Shown here one piece after another: positions 60,889 to 64,000 of a stretch of 64,000 nt of DNA. The translations under genes were made by a program, and so were the position numbers. The notes below the pieces were generated by a model. That model did not search any database and was not told the DNA's origin. It saw nothing but the letters and a program-made list of their open reading frames with translations. Source of the stretch: Patescibacteria group bacterium (GTDB lineage Bacteria; Patescibacteriota; Microgenomatia; 2-02-FULL-39-11); NCBI GenBank assembly GCA_023379265.1, contig JAMCUI010000011.1:4030-68029 (forward strand), in the 5' to 3' direction. Position 1 is the first letter of the stretch. The number at the start of each line of letters is the position of its first letter.

Positions 60889-61992
60889 GATATCCCAGTC
60901 ATCTTCTTCAGGAGGCACGTTATCATCTTGCTGTTGCGGCTGGTTTGAACTGACAGCAACACTTGAAGATGGGATTGACATGTCTTCGCGCATTACCGGA
61001 GATTCCATTTTTGCAGACAGTTCCTTTAATCTTTTCTTTGTTTCGTCAAACCCGGTCGCAATTACTGTAATTTTTACCTGATCAACCATTTGTTCGTCGA
61101 TTGTCGCCCCAAAAATTATATTAGCATCAGGATCCACCGAGGCAGCAATTAATTTAGAGGCTTCATCCACCTCATTCATCGTCAGATCAGATCCACCAGT
61201 AATATTGTAAAGTACACCTTTTGCCCCATCAATTGACAATTCCAGAAGAGGCGATGAGATTGCCATCCTAGCAGCGGCTGAAGCCCTGTTTTCTCCTACC
61301 CCAGTCCCAATTCCCATCAGTGCACTCCCCGCATTACTCATAATAGTCCTCACATCGGCAAAATCTACATTTATTAAGCCAGGCAGAGTGATCAGATCGG
61401 AAATACCCGTAACTCCTTGACCTAGAACAGAATCGACAATCTTGAACGCTTCAACGAGTGTCATTTTTTTATCCACTACATCCAAAATTCTCTGGTTAGG
61501 TATAACAATAAGAGTATCCACTTTCTCCTTGAGATTGAGAATTCCTTCTTCTGCTGCCAGCATCCTTCTTGTTCCTTCAAAAGCAAAAGGTTTTGTGACC
61601 ACAGCTACAGTAAGAGCTCCAATCTCTCTCGCAACTTCTGCAATAATTGGTGTCGCACCGGTTCCGGTACCTCCACCCTCTCCACACGTCAAAAAAACCA
61701 TGTCAGTCTCTAAAAGAAACTCTTTTATCTTTTCCCGGGATTCCTCTGCAGACTGTTTGCCAATTTCGGGGTTTCCACCAGCACCAAGCCCTTTGGTTAT
61801 ATCATCACCAATCTGTATTTTAACTTGAGCAGCACATGTCAATAATGCTTGAGCATCTGTATTAACACCTATAAAATCCACGCCCTGTATAGTGGAAGCA
61901 GCAATCATAGAATTAATTGCGTTACATCCGCCACCACCGATACCGATAACTTTTATTTTGGCAAAACGCGCAATATCAGGTTTGATCAACAT
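60859..61992 (-). CDS. ftsZ: Cell division protein FtsZ
   Basis: GGGGCNA, GGGTGTG, NVDFAD, C-terminal DIPAFLR. Confidence 0.98.
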   Translation of the reverse strand: MLIKPDIARFAKIKVIGIGGGGCNAINSMIAASTIQGVDFIGVNTDAQALLTCAAQVKIQIGDDITKGLGAGGNPEIGKQSAEESREKIKEFLLETDMVFLTCGEGGGTGTGATPIIAEVAREIGALTVAVVTKPFAFEGTRRMLAAEEGILNLKEKVDTLIVIPNQRILDVVDKKMTLVEAFKIVDSVLGQGVTGISDLITLPGLINVDFADVRTIMSNAGSALMGIGTGVGENRASAAARMAISSPLLELSIDGAKGVLYNITGGSDLTMNEVDEASKLIAASVDPDANIIFGATIDEQMVDQVKITVIATGFDETKKRLKELSAKMESPVMREDMSIPSSSVAVSSNQPQQQDDNVPPEEDDWDIPAFLRQGKH

Positions 61993-62032
61993 GAATTAGA
62001 GTCCTTTCCGGGCAGAAAAATATGGAAACAGA

Positions 62033-63343
62033 TTAGGGTAAAAAAGATTTTACCAGATCGACTACTCTTCCAGCAACGCCTTGTATGGGCACTTTTCCCA
62101 CTATCTTTGTCAGTCTATTCAGATTGAACTTTTCCTTCATCACTACTCCTGTTTTTGAAGCATAAATTACAAGTCCAGAAGCCGTTGCGTAGGTAGGAGT
62201 AATGATTTCGTCCACCAACCCCGTAATGTTGGCCGGTACTCCAACTCTCACCTGCATCGCAAGATTTCTTTTGGCGGTTTCCACTATTCCCAAAGTTTCT
62301 GATCCTCCTCCGGTAATAACAATTCCTGCAGGTGTTAATCCTCCAAAACCGCTCTTTTTTATCTCAAGTCCTATCATGGTAAATACTTCATTCAATCGCG
62401 GTCTTATGATACCTTCTATCAAGGTTTTTCTAGATACCTTGTTTAGTCCTTCAGGTAAATGCAGATTTGATAAATCCATACTGTCATGATCGTCTTTCTC
62501 TTTACCTTTTTTTGTATTATCGGACAGTATTGACTGCGGAAGCGTCATCTCTGGTTCCTTCTTATTTAGTGCTAGTTTAATTTTCTCCGCACTTTCTAAA
62601 GAAATTCTCAAACCTATAGCCAGATCATTTGTTATATTTCTCGCACCTACAGGTAAAACAGATGAATATGAAAGTGAACCATCTACAAACATACAAATAT
62701 CGGTCGTTCCTCCACCTATATCAACCAATACCACTCCTAACTCTTTTTCCGTTTCTGTTAGTACAGCTGTACTAGATGCTAACCCACCAAAGACAAATCC
62801 GTCTACATCAATCCCTACTAACGACGCGCATTTTTCCAGGTTACGAAGAGCGGTTCCTCCAGTAGTAATAATATGAGTGTTCACCTCAAGCCTGACACCG
62901 GTCATCCCCACGGGATCCTTTATTCCCTCTTGTGAATCCACGATAAATTCTCTTGGAAGAACATGAAGGATTTCTCGGGTTGAAGGAAGATTGACCGCTC
63001 TAGCCGCCTCCACAGCTCGATTTATATCTTCTGGTGTAATTTCTTTTTGTGGCTCGGCAACAGCCACTACTCCATGGGAATTTTGAGACATGATATGCGC
63101 ACCACCCACTGATAGAAATGCTGAGGAGATGGAATAACCCGCCATCCTTTCTGAGGCTTCAAGACTTTCAACAATAGCTGCAGTTGACTCTTCTATATCG
63201 ACTATTTGGCCTTTTCTGATTCCTCTGCTTTTTACACTCGCCACTCCCATCACATTTACAGTGCCCTCTTCGCTCACAGAAGCTATAATAGTGGTAATTT
63301 TTGTTGTACCGATGTCTATTCCGGCAACTATTCTTTTACTCAT
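62033..63343 (-). CDS. ftsA: Cell division protein FtsA
   Basis: DIGTTKI, DIGGGTTD, ITNDLA, TGGGS. Confidence 0.96.
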   Translation of the reverse strand: MSKRIVAGIDIGTTKITTIIASVSEEGTVNVMGVASVKSRGIRKGQIVDIEESTAAIVESLEASERMAGYSISSAFLSVGGAHIMSQNSHGVVAVAEPQKEITPEDINRAVEAARAVNLPSTREILHVLPREFIVDSQEGIKDPVGMTGVRLEVNTHIITTGGTALRNLEKCASLVGIDVDGFVFGGLASSTAVLTETEKELGVVLVDIGGGTTDICMFVDGSLSYSSVLPVGARNITNDLAIGLRISLESAEKIKLALNKKEPEMTLPQSILSDNTKKGKEKDDHDSMDLSNLHLPEGLNKVSRKTLIEGIIRPRLNEVFTMIGLEIKKSGFGGLTPAGIVITGGGSETLGIVETAKRNLAMQVRVGVPANITGLVDEIITPTYATASGLVIYASKTGVVMKEKFNLNRLTKIVGKVPIQGVAGRVVDLVKSFLP

Positions 63344-63422
63344 AAACTTTTTATCTAATAAGCAACAGTGTATTGCTTATTTCGGAGTTTTTCTATCTGA
63401 TAATTGCGCCGGTTAATTTTAT

Positions 63423-64000
63423 CTATTTTGAGTAAATATTGTCTCCATTTGACAACACAACAATCGGCTTATCAAAGCGAAAATCCACTTTACTGACAAA
63501 TTTACCCTCTATTCTAAACCTAGATATTATTACTTGTAAAGAGGCAGCTACCGAAAGAACGTCTGCGGTAAATGGTACCATCACTATGCTGTCATCTTTC
63601 ATATATGCAGTAAAATAATTTTCATTATTATTTATTTCTATTTTCCTGACTGTCAAACCGGCTTTATTCAAATCCACTATCATATCCACTGATTTTTGTA
63701 TTCGCCAATCAGCTTTCTGGTCTTTGTATATGGGAATACCACCAGCTTGAATAGTGGGCAGATCACTGTTAAACGCATCAAGTGTATAGATTCCGCTTGA
63801 GTCCACATCTCCCATTACATTACCACTAACTACATGTACAAGAGGAATCCTCAGCTCTGTTTGAACGATAATAGTATTGACATACCTTTTTTCCAATCTG
63901 ATTTTTTTTATCACCATATTTTTCACCAATAGGTCTTTCTCCAACCTTTCAGTATCCATAAATAGTAGGTTTTGACCAGCGAGTATATCTAAATCCTTAA
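63423..64000 (-). CDS. FtsQ/DivIB-like protein, 3' part (starts outside window)
   Basis: Upstream of ftsA; ends in the VDFRF motif. Confidence 0.65.
   Translation of the reverse strand, partial: KDLDILAGQNLLFMDTERLEKDLLVKNMVIKKIRLEKRYVNTIIVQTELRIPLVHVVSGNVMGDVDSSGIYTLDAFNSDLPTIQAGGIPIYKDQKADWRIQKSVDMIVDLNKAGLTVRKIEINNNENYFTAYMKDDSIVMVPFTADVLSVAASLQVIISRFRIEGKFVSKVDFRFDKPIVVLSNGDNIYSK

Noticed and set aside
1-64000. Stop-codon reassignment (code 25), prophage or IS transposase
   Set aside because: TGA ends conserved genes at the expected positions (e.g. ftsZ, hsdM), and no phage, integrase or transposase ORFs were recognised.

Overview
This is a bacterial chromosomal segment with moderately low GC and standard genetic code 11. 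Gene style, an N-domain-less ClpB and compact operons suggest Patescibacteria/CPR, probably Microgenomates (inference). In order it carries: dnaE (partial); a GGDEF protein; a glutamine/amidation block (gatB-ansA-gatA-gatC-glnA-GAF/ANTAR-gatD-murT); clpB, htpX, lemA, polX; tRNA-Asp; a LysM protein; an acyltransferase; tRNA-Gly; a type I R-M island (hsdM, DUF3800-like, hsdS, membrane protein, hsdR); yggS/pdxST; metK with a SAM riboswitch; tgt; a glycosyltransferase/O-antigen-ligase cluster; tRNA-Thr flanked by tandem repeats; an FMN-riboswitch riboflavin salvage operon; tRNA-Val; lepB, parB, rpmA, rplU, rodA, ileS, ftsZ, ftsA and ftsQ (partial). Four signals stand out. (1) A DUF3800-like gene inside the R-M operon is followed by a three-way-junction RNA with its own predicted convergent promoter. 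(2) GC-rich REP-like elements and GIY-YIG sequences sit in conserved targets (tRNA-Asp, tRNA-Gly, ftsZ, hsdS); at ftsZ the last 9 codons are duplicated with only synonymous changes. (3) HsdS carries an in-frame GIY-YIG nuclease domain. (4) An ANTAR dual-hairpin antiterminator lies ahead of glnA. All calls come from reading the sequence and recalled family motifs; no searches were run.
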